Origin: Octopus vulgaris | Taxonomy: Eukaryota | Length of the DNA stretch: 64,000 bases | NCBI GenBank assembly: GCA_951406725.2 | Contig: OX597818.1 | Span: forward strand, 112,840,001 to 112,904,000 | Direction: 5' to 3' | Part shown: positions 1 through 14,459 of the stretch, in pieces | How the letters are laid out: each line of letters starts with the position of its first letter | Numbering within the stretch: position 1 is the stretch's first letter | Position numbers and translations under genes: made by a program | Notes under the pieces: model-generated | Database searches by the model: none | What the model was told of the DNA's origin: nothing | Seen by the model: the letters and a program-made list of their open reading frames with translations, nothing else

Positions 1-171
1 GAAACACATGTAGCGTCGATCTTGTCTACGCCATTCCTTAACTCTTATATTCCTAATCGCACACACGGCAACACTGGTTGCCTACCGTAAAATGTAAAAA
101 AACCTTTTTTTCTGTTTATCGTACTTCGATACGAAAAACTCCGCACACTTTCGTCTCAATAAACCAATATG

Positions 172-382
172 CTTTTCTACTGTAGGCACAAGGCCCAAAA
201 GTTTTGGTGGATGGGGGGGGCAGTCGATTATATTGACGCCAGTACGCAACTGGTACTTAGTTTATCGACTCCGAAAGGATGAAAAGCAAAGTCGACCTTG
301 GAGAAATTTTAAGAACGTTAAGACGAAATATCATAAAGCATTTTGACAGGAGCGCTAACGTTTAAGCCAGCGTTGTCGCCTT
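172..382 (-). mobile_element. SINE family A, diverged copy (tail variant B)
   Basis: Reverse complement matches the repeat seen more than 15 times in the window (…aactggtactta…tatcgac…gaaaggatgaaaagcaaagtcgacc…); tail ctactgtaggcacaaggcccaaaag. Confidence 0.8.
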
Positions 383-453
383 CTCAATAAACCACTATTG
401 TCCCTAGAATTTGTTTTTTTATATTTAATATGGATTCCTTGAAGCCAACTTGA

Positions 454-499
<46 letters not shown>

Positions 500-538
500 A
501 AAAGATCCCCGGATCTGATACATATACTCAAAATATGA

Positions 539-590
<52 letters not shown>

Positions 591-863
591 AACTATGGTT
601 ATAGAATAAACAAATGCAAGGTCATCCGCATAACATTTCATAATTCGAACATTTAATCATAGAATATACATATAAACATCCCGCAAGATGGAACATAATT
701 CATCTGTATAAGCATATAAGAAAGTGCGAGAAAAAAGTTCATCGCGGTTTAGAGTTAATACTTTAGCGATTCAGAAAAATATATTTTTTTAAAAAAACAT
801 TACAACACTTAGAAAGTAAAAATATAATATAAAGTAATATATAAAAAATATATAGCTATATAA

Positions 864-898
<35 letters not shown>

Positions 899-901
<3 letters not shown>

Positions 902-1195
902 AATCCAAACGGGAAACAAAAAAACAACAACAATGGAACAATTACAGTATTATTATTAATTGGCGCTCAGGAAATGGAAGCAGGGAGGTATGACGTTTCG
1001 AGCGGAGCTCTTCGTCGGAAACATAAAGAAGGAAGAGAGAGGAAAGAAAGATCCCGGAGCGGGCAACGGAGATAGAGAAAAAAACGACTGGTGTTAGGAG
1101 TAGCACATGGTGAAAGGCGGATGTTTACGATAACAAGAGCAAAGTGGGTTTTTAAAGGCAAAAGAGTGGAGACAAGGTTGGTAACGCAACAGATG
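899..1195 (-). mobile_element. Penelope-like element pLTR/terminal fragment (family P1)
   Basis: Reverse complement aligns by eye with 7345-7485 (gaagagctccgct.gaaacgt…tttcctgagc…actgta…ttcca…gttt.gatt); contains a hammerhead-like core; abuts (TA)n at 866-895. Confidence 0.65.
988..1022 (-). ncRNA. Minimal hammerhead ribozyme motif (degenerate)
   Basis: Minus strand reads GUUU-CCGACGA-A-GAGC-UCC-GCUC-GAAAC-GUC-AUAC. Core is CUGANGA with U4>C, stem II is GAGC/GCUC, then GAAA, a GUC triplet and an imperfect stem I. Confidence 0.6.
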
Positions 1196-1884
1196 TGTGT
1201 GTATGTGTGTGTGTGTGCGTGTGCGTGTGTGTATGTGTGTGTGTGAGGCGAGGTAAAAAAACAAAAATATATGTATGTGTTAGTGTGTGCGTCTGTGTGT
1301 AGGCGTGTGAGGTAGGGCGAGACGGTGGTCAGCATAGCAGCAGCATAACAGACAAAGGTCAGTAGTAAGAAAAGGGAGGAAGGAGGAAGGGAGGGAGGGG
1401 AAGGGGTGGGGGCGTATGTAGCGTGCCAGCGTGTGTTGAGTAGCAGTGTGTGTGTGTGTCCAGTGTCGTGGTAGTATTAGTGGCGAGTAGATTGAATGTG
1501 TGTAAGAGTAATGTATATGTTTAAGCAATGTGTGTATATGTGTGCGCGTGTGTGTAACGAAAAAAAAAGGGGGGTAGGAAAAGGACTCCAGCGGAGGGGA
1601 AGATGGAAGAGTGGTCCCGCGGAGACGGGCGTGGGAAAACCCAACGACAAGCGACATCCCAGGAACGGGCGGGAGGTCTCGTCGGGTCCAAGGGCGAGGT
1701 GCATGCGGCGCGCATGCGTGCGCGAACCGGCGCAAGCGCGTGTGTGCACGCGCCTGCGAGTGTGCGCGTACGTATGTGTGTGTGTGGATGTGTGAGTGTG
1801 TCTGTGTGTATGTCTGGGTGGCAGTGTGTCCGATGAATGTATGTGAGTATGTGTGTATATATGTGTGTGCATAGATGTATGTCC

Positions 1885-1915
<31 letters not shown>

Positions 1916-3840
1916 AGTGTGTATGTATGTACGTGTGGGTGTGGGGAAGTGTGTGTATGTGCATGTGTGTGCGCGAACATACAGGTGTGTGAGTGAGTGC
2001 GTGTGTGTGTATGTATGTGTGAGTGTGTATGTATGTGTGTGTAGGATGCATGTATGTGTATGGGTGTATGTATGCGTGTGTGTATGTATGTATGTGTACG
2101 TGCGTGTGTGTGTGTGTATGCGTGTAGGTGTGCGCGTGTGCATGCGTGCATGTATGTGCGTATGTGTGTGTGTGTGCATGTGTGTGGGTCTATATGTGTG
2201 TGCGTATATGTGCGTGTATGTGCGTACATGTGTGTGTGTATGCATGTGTGTGTGTAGGTGTGTAGGCGTGTGTGTATAGGTGTATGTATGTAAGTATGTA
2301 TGGGTGTGTCCGTGTATGTGTGTATGTATGTGTGTGTATGTAGCTGTGTGGGCGTGTGTATATGTGTGTGTATGTAGGTGTGTGGGCGTGTGTATATAGG
2401 TGTATGTATGTATGTCTGGGTGTGTCCGTGCATGTTTGTGTGTGTGTGTGTATGCATGTGTATGTAGGTGTGTGTGTACGTGTGTAATGTATGTGTGTAT
2501 GCGTGTGTATGCGTGCGTGTGTGTATGTAGGTGCGTGTGTATGTGTGTGGGAGTGTAGGTGTGTGTGTGCGTGTGCGTGTTTATGTTGGTGTGTGCGTAT
2601 GTGAGTGTGAGTGTATGGGTGTTTGTCATGCATGTGTGTGCGCGTGCAGGTGAGTGTGTGTGTAAGTATGTGTGTGTGTATGTTTGTGTGAGTGTGTATG
2701 TGTGTATGTCTGTGTGTATGTATGTGCGTATAGGAGTATGGAGGTATGTGTGTGTGTATGTATATGGGTGTATGTGTATGTGTGTGTGTGTGCATGTGTA
2801 TAAGTATATGCGTGTGTGCGTATGTGTGTGTATGTGTATGTGTGTGTGTTTATGTATGTGTGTATGTATGTGTGTAGGCGTGAGTGTGTAGATGTATGTA
2901 TGTATGGGTGTGTGTCAGTGTGTGTTTGTGTGTGTGTGTAGGTAGATGTGTGTGTCTGAGTGAGGGTATGGCTGTGTAGGTGTGTGTGTGTATGAATGTA
3001 AGTGTGTGTGTATACAAGTGTAATGTATGTATGTAGGTGTGTGTGTGTGTGTATGTGTACGTGTGCGTGTGTATGTGTGTGTGTGTATGCGTGTGAGTGT
3101 GGGTGTATGGGTGTATGTCTGTGTGTGTGTATGTCTGAAGTGGGTATGTGTGTGTATGTATGTATGTGTGTGTGTGCGGGTATGTGTGTGTGTGTATGTG
3201 TGTGTGTGAGTAGGTGTGCGTGTATGTATGTGGGTAGGGATGCATGCGAGTGTGTGGGTATGTATGCAAACATACGCATGCGCACATCCGAAGCAAGCCC
3301 ACACACACGAAGCGCGCTCACGCACACAGCGCACAAGCAGTGCAACGCAAGCCCAAAGGGGCCGACCGAGCCCCCAGCGCGCGCCAAGGCGCCTCGAACG
3401 CCCCGCTACGCGGGAACCGAGGATCCATCAGCCAAAACCGGAAAGCAGAAAAGAGGGGGGCTGCCTGGATGCAAAAAGGTGTATGTGTGTGTGCATTCAG
3501 TGTACGGGTGTGCATGTGTGGGTATGTATGTATGTATGTGCCTACATGTATGTGTGCATGTGTGTGTGTGTGAAGTATGTACGTGCGGTGTGTGTGTGTG
3601 AGTGTGTGTGTATGTATGTGCGTATGTATGTGTGTGTGTATGTGTGTATGTATGTCTGTGTGTGTGTGTGTGTGTGTAAGTGTATGTATGCGTGTGTGTA
3701 TGTATGTATGTGTGTGTGTATGTGCATGTGTGTCTGTAAGTGTGTGTGATTAAATGTGTGAATGTATGTACGTAGATGTGTCTACGTATGTGTGTGTGTG
3801 AACAGGCGTGTGGGAGGTAGGTGGGTGGGAGGTAGGAAGC
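1195..3840. repeat. Large degenerate (TG/TATG)n low-complexity tract with two GC-rich islands
   Basis: About 2.6 kb of imperfect TG/TA dinucleotide repeats; gives rise to the spurious HT/VC-rich ORFs. Confidence 0.95.
1389..1412 (+). other. Potential G-quadruplex
   Basis: GGG-A-GGG-A-GGGG-AA-GGGG-T-GGGGG: five G-runs with 1-2 nt loops. Confidence 0.55.
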
Positions 3841-4023
3841 ATGTAAAAAATATATAATATATATCATGTAAATAAAATAAAAGTTCATCGTTTAGAAATC
3901 TTATAAAATTACTATTCAAGTAAGAGATGCCTTTTAGTTAAAAAAGAGGAAACCATATTGACTTAATCCCTATGGCCATTTCAGGGGTGTATTATTATGT
4001 TTAAAGCACTAGGGTGCATCAAG

Positions 4024-4078
<55 letters not shown>

Positions 4079-5276
4079 TTATATATTTATATATTTATTT
4101 ATATATTTATTTATTTATTAAGCAACCGATTGAATCAGGGTCTGACAGTTTCCGTGCGGAAATGAAATATCGTTCTTTTTGGAAGCTTGTATTATATTTT
4201 TATACATGTTTATTCATTGGCATTTGAGCGAAAAATGTTCTGTATATTTATGATTATATGTAGTTTAAATATTTATGTCAATAATCTTCTTTCATTCACA
4301 TACGTTTACTTGTACACATCATATTTCACTAATATACCAACCCACGTGTTTGGAGTATTAAGTCATAAAATTATCATTTTTGTATCTCTACTATTAACTC
4401 TAGAAACTGGATCTGAACGAAGAGCAGCGTATCATGCTTGCTTTACAAAATCACTCTCATAATTTTATATGCTTCAGAGACTGGTAATATACAGTTCAGA
4501 GTAAGTACACTACCTGCCATAACAGAAGCAGAGTTTATCTTCTGCACGCAGCAGTAAATCAGGTAAGGCAATGATAATTCAATCTAGACACCTATTCCCT
4601 TCATGAAATACCACTCAGGCATTTGTCTGGAACATTGCACAGCTACACGCAATGTAGCCATGTCATACTTTTAAACATTACACATTTTTCACATGGAAAA
4701 TTAGTAAATTACAATGACATAAAAGATAATACAGTTGCTTTATCATATGTAATTGTGTTTATGATACACAAACGTGATGGGAAAAAATATGTTTGTATTT
4801 GCCTGTTACTTTTATGCTACTAATTCCATAATTACTCATTGAGCAACTGTAATAATGAATGTAATACTAAAAATACAAATTGCATTTCATATCTCACTGA
4901 AAGTAAATTCACTTAATACTTCCAGTTACTTCGTATATGGATATTGATATCCTAAGTCATGGTAATCAACAATGTTCTTTCCATCAGAAATTTGACGATG
5001 TTCTACTTAAAGAAATCAATATGAAAGGCTATGATAAACGTAAAGAGAGGAATTTTACTTATGTTTCTTCATCTTACTGGGTTTTTAACACATTGATTAC
5101 ATTATGCAACAACATTTTTGCAATATCTAAAATGTTACGAACATTGTTTTGACATACGCATTAAAAATGTATACAGGTTTAAAAAAAGAAATCGGTTAAT
5201 GCATTAGCTATCTTCTTCTTACGTATAACATAAGCACGGTAACAAGTTTGGTAGAAATAAATATACCGATATTCAT

Positions 5277-5669
5277 TTCTAATATAGTCACAAGGCACGA
5301 AATTTTGGTGGGAGATGACTGTCTATTAGGTCGACCCAGTAGGCAACTGGTACTTAATTTATCGACCCTGAAAGGATGAAAGGCCAATTCGGCCTCGGCG
5401 GAATTTGAACTCAGAAGGTAGCGGCATACGAAATACCTATTTCTTTACAACCCACAGGGGGCTAAACACAGAGAGGACAAACAAGGACAGACAAACGGAT
5501 TAAATCGATTATATCGACCCCAGTGCGTAACTGGTACTTATTTTATCAACCCGAAAGGATGAAAGGCCAATACGACCTCGGCGGAATTTGAACTCAGAAT
5601 GTAACGGCAGACGAAATACGGCTACGCATTTTGCCCGGCGTGCTAACGTTTCTGCCAGCTTGCCGCCTT
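5277..5669 (-). mobile_element. SINE family A dimer (full unit plus second partial unit with tail variant B)
   Basis: Head aaggcggcaagctggcagaaacgttagc and B-box-like gagttcaaattcc. Second unit is joined at …aaagaaataggtatttcgtatgcc… (around 5420-5450). Confidence 0.9.
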
Positions 5670-5819
5670 AATTCTTATATCAATATTAATACGTAACTGG
5701 TAATATTGCTTTCAAATTTTGGCTCCAAGCCTGTAATTTCGGGGGTAAGGTGTAAGTTGATTACATCGACTCCAGTGCTCAGCTGGTACTTTATTTGCTT
5801 GATTTACTTAGTTTACTTT

Positions 5820-7271
<1,452 letters not shown>

Positions 7272-7289
7272 AATACATATACATATGTG

Positions 7290-7485
7290 ACCGTTTTTGT
7301 ATCGTTGGCGAATTTCTTTCTCAGTCTTCACTCCTTTCGACTTTTTCAAATATTTCTGATGAAGAGCTCCGCTTGAAACGTGAAATCCTCTTTCATTTCT
7401 TTCCTTTCCTGAGCTTCCAATAACACTGTACCTATTCCACGTCCCCGTGTTATTGTTTTTCCTTGTTTTTTCAGGTTTAGATTGA
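7290..7485 (+). mobile_element. Penelope-like pLTR fragment (family P1)
   Basis: Homologous to the reverse complement of 899-1030; embedded between (TA)n tracts. Confidence 0.65.
7352..7386 (+). ncRNA. Minimal hammerhead ribozyme motif
   Basis: AUUU-CUGAUGA-A-GAGC-UCC-GCUU-GAAAC-GUG-AAAU: intact core and a perfect 4-bp stem I, but the cleavage triplet is GUG (non-cleavable). Confidence 0.7.
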
Positions 7486-7486
7486 G

Positions 7487-7489
<3 letters not shown>

Positions 7490-7583
<94 letters not shown>

Positions 7584-7652
7584 GTATGTATATATGTATG
7601 TATATATATATATATTTATATATATATATATTTATATATATATATGTATGTA

Positions 7653-7700
<48 letters not shown>

Positions 7701-7738
7701 TATATATATATATATATATGTGTATGTATGTATATATG

Positions 7739-7781
<43 letters not shown>

Positions 7782-7882
7782 ATATGTATGTATATATGTA
7801 TGTATATATATATATATATATATGTATGTATATATGTATATATATATATATATATGTATATATATGTATGTATGTATATATG

Positions 7883-7951
<69 letters not shown>

Positions 7952-7983
7952 ATATATATTATATATATATATATGTATATATG

Positions 7984-8022
<39 letters not shown>

Positions 8023-8080
8023 TATATATATATATATATGTATATATGTGTGTGTGTATGTATATATGTATGTATATATG

Positions 8081-8111
<31 letters not shown>

Positions 8112-8152
8112 ATATGTATATATATATATATGTATATATATGTATGTATGCA

Positions 8153-8198
<46 letters not shown>
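7490..8198. repeat. Compound (TA)n/(TATG) microsatellite, about 700 bp
   Basis: Directly visible; source of the YI-repeat ORFs. Confidence 0.97.
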
Positions 8199-8202
<4 letters not shown>

Positions 8203-8440
8203 TGAAATATACTGAAAATAATGGACGAAGACAGGTGTCTCGAAGCAGGCATTTTAGTATGACGCTCGGGAAGGTGAGAAAGTGTTTACGTTCCGAGCCT
8301 ACGCTCTTCAACAGAAAGGAACACAAGGAAATAAACAGAGGGAAAATAAAAACAGATTGTGGTTTTAGTAGACAATCGTGGCGGCTGGTTGGAGAAAGGT
8401 TGTTTAGACAGGAGAGCTAGGAAGAAGGGGAGATAATAAT
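8199..8440 (-). mobile_element. Penelope-like pLTR fragment (family P2) with hammerhead-like motif at 8284-8318
   Basis: Minus strand UUU-CUGUUGA-A-GAGC-GUAG-GCUC-GGAAC-GUA; homologous to 10123-10315; abuts (TA)n. Confidence 0.6.
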
Positions 8441-8546
8441 GTATGGAGAGATGCTGGCATACAGATATACAGACAGACAACTATATGTGTGTGTGCGTCT
8501 GTGTGTGCGTATATATATATATATATATAAATATATATATAGAAAA

Positions 8547-8581
<35 letters not shown>

Positions 8582-8594
8582 TATACTGACAGAC

Positions 8595-8595
8595 G

Positions 8596-8655
<60 letters not shown>
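8595..8655. repeat. (GATA)n microsatellite preceded by (GACA)n
   Basis: Directly visible. Confidence 0.95.
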
Positions 8656-8656
<1 letters not shown>

Positions 8657-9305
8657 TAATTTATATTGCAATGAGTTGTTCAGCATCCTGATATGTCAGT
8701 TTATTTAATGCCTCCCAAACCAATATAATACTTGTTTATTTACTTATTTACATTGGTATTAATGAGGCAGCATTCTCTCATTATTAACGTCAGTTGGAAA
8801 CAAATTTGGTATCTCATATAAATACGAATGTTTATTTGGAAACATCAAATTTATCCTCATTAAAATAGTGGATATTTAGCGTCGTTTTCTCTCGGGAATT
8901 ATCTCGTAAATTCTAATTTGCAATTTAATATTAAAGAGTCATCTGCGTTCATCTCTACAGAATCACACTTGTTTAACTATTATTAATTTTATTTTCCTCA
9001 TTTGTCAAGTTTCGTGCCACAATCTCATTCTTCTTTACAATGTGCATGAGGGTGGGGATTGTGTAGCTGCATTTCTCAAAACAGGCGACTGGAAAAGATT
9101 TTCTTGGTATTTACATTACCCGTGTTTCATTTACCGAAACGCGTTACGAAATTGTACAATGTAGTGGAACACGCAAGATATCTAGCATTAGAAATGTTTC
9201 AGACGGGAAATCAAATAAGACATTTACTTGTAAACCTATCTACGTAAAATATGTATGTATGTGTGTATGTATGTATGTATGTATGTACGTACGTATGTAT
9301 GCATG

Positions 9306-9353
<48 letters not shown>

Positions 9354-9354
<1 letters not shown>

Positions 9355-9512
9355 CGGGCTTCGTTTAGTTTTCGTATACCAAATACACTCGGAAGGTCCG
9401 GTTGGCCCGAGGCTATAGTAGAAGATACTTGCCAGAGATGTCACGCTGTGGAAATGAAGCCGGAACCATATGGTCGGAGGGAAGCTACTTACCACACAGT
9501 CACTCCTGCGCC
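9354..9512 (-). mobile_element. SINE family B (tRNA head plus CORE-like domain), 5' half
   Basis: Reverse complement ggcgcaggagtgactgtgtggtaagtagc…gcaagtatcttctactatagcctcggg; matches 53270-53430. Confidence 0.85.
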
Positions 9513-9574
<62 letters not shown>

Positions 9575-9827
9575 GAGGCAATGCAAGCGGAAACTAGGGG
9601 AACATAATTAATCACCACGCACGAAAATCTCTTCTACATTTATAAGGCAGATATAAAAATTCAAAATATATAAATAGATAAATATCGATGTGATACATAA
9701 AACTCAGTGAATTGACATTTGAAAGTTATAGTACATTTCTGTAATTAACAATTTGAAATGATAAAACATTAAAAGGATGTACTAAAATACCCCGAAAATA
9801 ATACAAAAATTAAAAAAATTTAAGTTT

Positions 9828-9909
9828 CACCTTCGAGCCGTTTCAGAGATGTGCCAAATAATATGATATATTTCATATTTTTAAAACTGACATTCCTCTC
9901 ATCAGGATG
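9828..9909 (-). ncRNA. Hammerhead-like motif with long stem II (PLE/retrozyme-type), degenerate
   Basis: Minus strand CAUC-CUGAUGA-GAGGAAUGUCA…UGGCACAUCUCU-GAAAC-GGCUC-GAA-GGUG. Stem I CAUC/GGUG and stem II pair; the cleavage triplet is mutated. Confidence 0.55.
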
Positions 9910-10122
9910 TTTTCACGCAATATACAAAAAAAAAAAATACAGAAATACAATTATACGATTACATTCCAGCCACCTGTGTAAAATATGAAGTGAGCTATAT
10001 AAAGTATAATGTAGCTCACTTGGAGCACTACATCTCCGGTCTGTATATTATTTGCGAGTTTTGTTAACACTAGCAATCTCAAAATAAAGCAGTGTATTAT
10101 ATATATATATATATATATATAT

Positions 10123-10315
10123 AGGGGAGAATTCACAAACAACAAGAGACGTAGACAGGTGGTGTAGACAGCAAACAGGTGTATCAGTTTAACGCTCGGG
10201 AAGTGAAAGTGTCTGTAACGTTTCGAGCCTACGCTATTCCACAGAAAGGAACACGTAAAGAAACAGGGAGAGAAAATAATGAATGTGTAGTGGGTAGCGA
10301 TCTATAATGTCGAAA
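10123..10315 (-). mobile_element. Penelope-like pLTR fragment (family P2) with hammerhead-like motif at 10213-10248
   Basis: Minus strand CUGUGGA-A-UAGC-GUAG-GCUC-GAAAC-GUU; homologous to 8199-8350; flanked by (TA)n on both sides. Confidence 0.6.
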
Positions 10316-10323
10316 TATACAAT

Positions 10324-10366
<43 letters not shown>

Positions 10367-12519
10367 GTGTGTGTGTGTGTGTGTGTGTAAAGACATAAAT
10401 ATATTGCCTTCTTATTATAAGTAATTGACAAATATAGATCTAAAATTGATAACTGTTTTCTCAATATGTGCCCAGTGTTAGCTATTTCATTTAAAAAGTA
10501 ATCACTTTATCAGAGAAACGTGTCAAATATTTAGTCACGAAACTCAATTAGAATAGTGTTTAGATGACCTTATTGCAACATAATGTAATTATATTTCTTG
10601 GGATAGTAACCATATAGTGTGTGTAAATATATACTTGTTCATCTTGGATAAAGAATTGGATGATATTGTTTTAAACCACCGCATTACAGTTGTTGTTTCA
10701 ATAGGAGAATATTATGTTGTACATATCCATACTAATGCTCCAATCTGATGATGAAAAACGTAGTATTTTTTTACTTACTTGTGGTTCTAGTCATACAGAT
10801 CTGAAACATGTTAACAGATCCATTTCTTCTCGTATATGGTAGTCTCTAAACAACACAATTACACATTTACACTTCTCTATATTTTTTAATTACGGTTATA
10901 GAAATACATAAAAATGTATATTAGACTACAAAATATTTGTTTTGGATGCTACAACAAGAAATTTTAATATGTGAGCCAAAATATTTTTTGGTCAACAAAG
11001 CAAATCCCGGAAGGTTAATATTGCCAGAAGAAAAAACATATAATGGCCAATTTTTTAAGTCAAAATTTGTTATATCTGTTTGCTAATAATATCATCGATT
11101 GAGACTTATTACACAAAATTTCATCTAACCTACATTCACTGATTATCGGTTTATGAATACAGAAGCATCGTCGAAGTGCAGAAGAATAGCAGAATTACAC
11201 ATAGGACACGTTTACGACATTAATCGATATCAATGAAACGATGATATTTTGGAAATTAAAATTTAAAACAGTTTTGGATAAAATTCTGTTCGCTCGGATC
11301 TCTATCAATGTCAGGAGAAATAGGCCCCAAGTGAACCAAATATCTATTTTCTAACTTATTTCCAGGGGCCGATGTAATCGACTTAGCTCCTCCACTGGAA
11401 TTGCCGGCCTTGTGCCTTTCGATCGTAAACATTCTGACTTCTAATTTGATCATGTCTGTCTACCAGAAAATAGAATGCTTCCTGTCTTGTAGCCAAAGTG
11501 AAATATTTTGAATCGTGGATATGAAGCTGTTTTTAAAATTATTACTGAACGGAATTTCATTGCATAAATAAAGTTAAGGTCATTTTGGCAGTCAGCAAAT
11601 TATGCTTTTTAACTTAGCTCGTTGGTAAATTACCTTGTTACTTACACCACGCCTAACTTTCGTCTTTCCACAGGTCATTAGAACCTTCAATGATATAATA
11701 TTTTCTGCAAGGATAAAACGTTAATCGTTTTATCGGCTGGGGAAGAATGAACAAGCCGCCGTGTCACTTGTTAAGCGACATATTGAAATTTGCATTTTTA
11801 TTTTGACATCAATAAATAGTAGATTAATTCTTCCTCTCTTTAATAATATTTGCTATGAAATCGACACAAAATGATATATTCATGTCATCATACACCATAC
11901 AATATATAAAATTGATATGTTTTATTTTAGCAAAACCAATTTACGTATTTCAATAGTGAATGAATCGTAATAGAATTTTCTTTACTCCAGTGAATGTAAG
12001 TTAACAGCCGAAGGCAACAGTTGCGTTTTACTATTTGAATTTCGAGCATTACTTTTCAACTAATATTTTTTCATTTTTCTTTCTTTTTTTTTGTGAAAAT
12101 ATATTTCAGATGTCAATAACATTTTGAAGGTAATATTGAGGCTTGTTAATGAAATTCGACGAAACGCCTTAAAGATATGTTACTCTGGTTGTATTAAATT
12201 TTTTCTAATTTTGCCTGCTTTGAAATTACTTATATATTACATAGGCGATTTCTAAACAAGATAAATGGCATTGATATTTCAACATAATGGGGGGGATTTG
12301 ACTCAATGAAAATTAAATTTCGATGTAAATAATAATTTAATGAAACACCGGTTACCTGTATAAGATATGCGTATATAATATCCATTATTTATGATTGCAC
12401 AATTTATTGAATTGCTCGTTTTGCATCGTTAATTATAATCCATAAGGTATTTGTGCAATATTTTTGATACCCTCCTCTGTTAAACTATAACGATATTGAC
12501 TTAATATTTAATATTGAAT

Positions 12520-12818
12520 TGGGTAATGGCATATGGCAAAGGGGTTGATATATTTGGTTGAAAATTGTGATTTCGATGTCTGGAGAGAAGCAAGTCACTT
12601 TATTTCACGTTGCTCTACTCCCCTAAGCTGGCAAAAACCTGTATTTGAAAGGACCAGCTTTGTCACATTCTGTGTTATGCAGCATATACTTGAGAACTAT
12701 ATTGGCGTTACACACATCTGCGGAGAACTCAACCTCTTGCACATTAATTTCCTGAGCAGGTTGTTTCATCGCTCGGATCAACTGGAACCCCCCTCCTTGC
12801 TACCAATGAAATGCCACT
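12520..12818 (+). mobile_element. Old SINE with family-C 3' half and a different, CORE-like 5' part
   Basis: 12640-12818 (cctgtatttgaaagga…ttgcacattaatt…ggatcaactggaaccc) matches the reverse complement of 55850-56025; upstream gcaagtcactttatttcacgttgctc is CORE-like. Confidence 0.6.
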
Positions 12819-14034
12819 TAACATTAAATTGTGTTTATTACTTTATATATTGCCTACGAAAATACACAAGCAAGCAGATGTATTTCGATGTAAAAATGGC
12901 TTTATACACTCATCATTTTCTTCTGCTGATGTTTCGCAAGATTTTATTTGCTTACGGTATGTATTAATTAAGATTCCTATTTGTAAAATGACCGTGTTCG
13001 AATTTTGTAGCATTTAACATGCTAAATTGATATGTTATTAGTATATATTACCCGAAATTGTACATTGTTTATGCATATACTCTTTCACTCATTGGTTAAA
13101 CATCCTCCACATTATTTTGGTCGATGTGGTAACTTCAATCGGATTAAGTTATGAATTATATAAATTCAGGCTCCAAGCTATACATTTGATATATGGCTGT
13201 AACATTCACTAATTTTTAAGGTACCAGATGAGGTAAAAGCGATATACATTCAAATATCTATAATAATGTACGAAACTTTATTGTACTTTTCAATTTGCAT
13301 TTTCCCATCATGTTTATATATTCAATTTCGTTCAATTTACCCGTGAGAGTTGTTCAGATATTAAGTTTTTATTGATTTCTCTCGCCTACGCTAGCATGGT
13401 ATCTTTCCATACACGCATACACTCTGATAGGTGTGTGCATATAAACATATAAATATATATAAATTCATCATGTGCCTTTATGTGATTCTGTGTGTGTGCA
13501 TGTATATGTATATATACATATCTGTGTGTATGGGAATATATATATATATATGTGTATGTGTGTGTGTGTGTGTGTGTGAGTGTTTGTATGTATGATATAT
13601 ATATATATATATATACACGCATATACATATATACGCTCACAGGCACACGTGCACACACAAACATATCATATGTGCATAACTATACTATATATATATGCAC
13701 ACGAACATACATACAGAAATAAACATATAGGAAAAAATATATATATATATATATAATGTAGAGAAAGTGAGAGAGAAAGAGAGAGGGGGAGAGAGAAGGG
13801 GAGAGCGAAAGAGAGAAAGTAATATGACAATCGCAAATTATATATTGTATTCGTATGTTGGCTGATAAGAATTTGTCCTTTTGTTACAAGTATAATGCTA
13901 GAACAAAATTAGCTAACCAATATATGCCGCACACCTGTTGATGAATAATTATATTCTAGAGTCAAAATAATTAAAAATGTAAGTGCTCCAGCATTGCCGC
14001 AATCAAATGACAGAAATAAGTTTAAAAAATGGGT

Positions 14035-14200
14035 GGGGTGGAGTGACCTGATGATAGAGACAGAAGCACTCATATTCGCAGCTCAGGAACAAGCGTTAAG
14101 GATCAATATTATGAAATGCAGAATTGACAACACTACCGATAGCAAAAATGCAAATGTGTGGTGAGAGGGGTGAAACGGTATGGCACATCGTTATCTAATT
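14035..14200 (+). mobile_element. R4/Dong-type (RLE) LINE fragment, pre-CCHC region
   Basis: Translation ETEALIFAAQEQALRIN…CGERGETVWHIV, with a frameshift. Confidence 0.75.
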
Positions 14201-14204
14201 CTAA

Positions 14205-14380
14205 CTGGGCCCACAAGGTCATGTGTTGTTTATCTTGACATGAGATTCTAATGGCGCTCATATGTGTTTGTGATGCCTGTGTCTGGTGTGCCCCTATCAG
14301 AAGGAGAGTCATGTGTTTCGTGTATTTTACCCCACTGTCAATTTGATGGCATGCACTCAGTAATAATAATAATAATAACA
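14205..14380 (+). mobile_element. 3' part of a non-coding interspersed repeat with (TAA)n tail (family E)
   Basis: Aligns with 16740-16920 (tttatcttga…ccc(t)tatcagaagg…tgtca.tttgatggcat…cactca.taataat). Confidence 0.7.
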
Positions 14381-14459
14381 ACAACAACAACAATACTACT
14401 ATTACTACTAATAATAATAATAAGCACGACAACAACCACAACAACAATAATAATAATAG

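Noticed and set aside
1280-3888. Long His/Thr-rich and Val/Cys-rich ORFs (up to 449 aa)
   Set aside because: These are translations of degenerate (TG/CA)n, open in many frames on both strands because the repeat lacks stop codons.
3945-3990. Hammerhead-like hairpin on the minus strand (ctgaaatggccata…tatggtt)
   Set aside because: Core is non-canonical and GAAA is absent.
7482-8420. Tyr/Ile-rich ORFs (also 45855-46304 and 59932-60521)
   Set aside because: (TA)n microsatellite artefacts.
11613-11628. 15-bp inverted match to about 22962-22977
   Set aside because: An isolated match of this length is expected by chance in 64 kb, and there is no extension.
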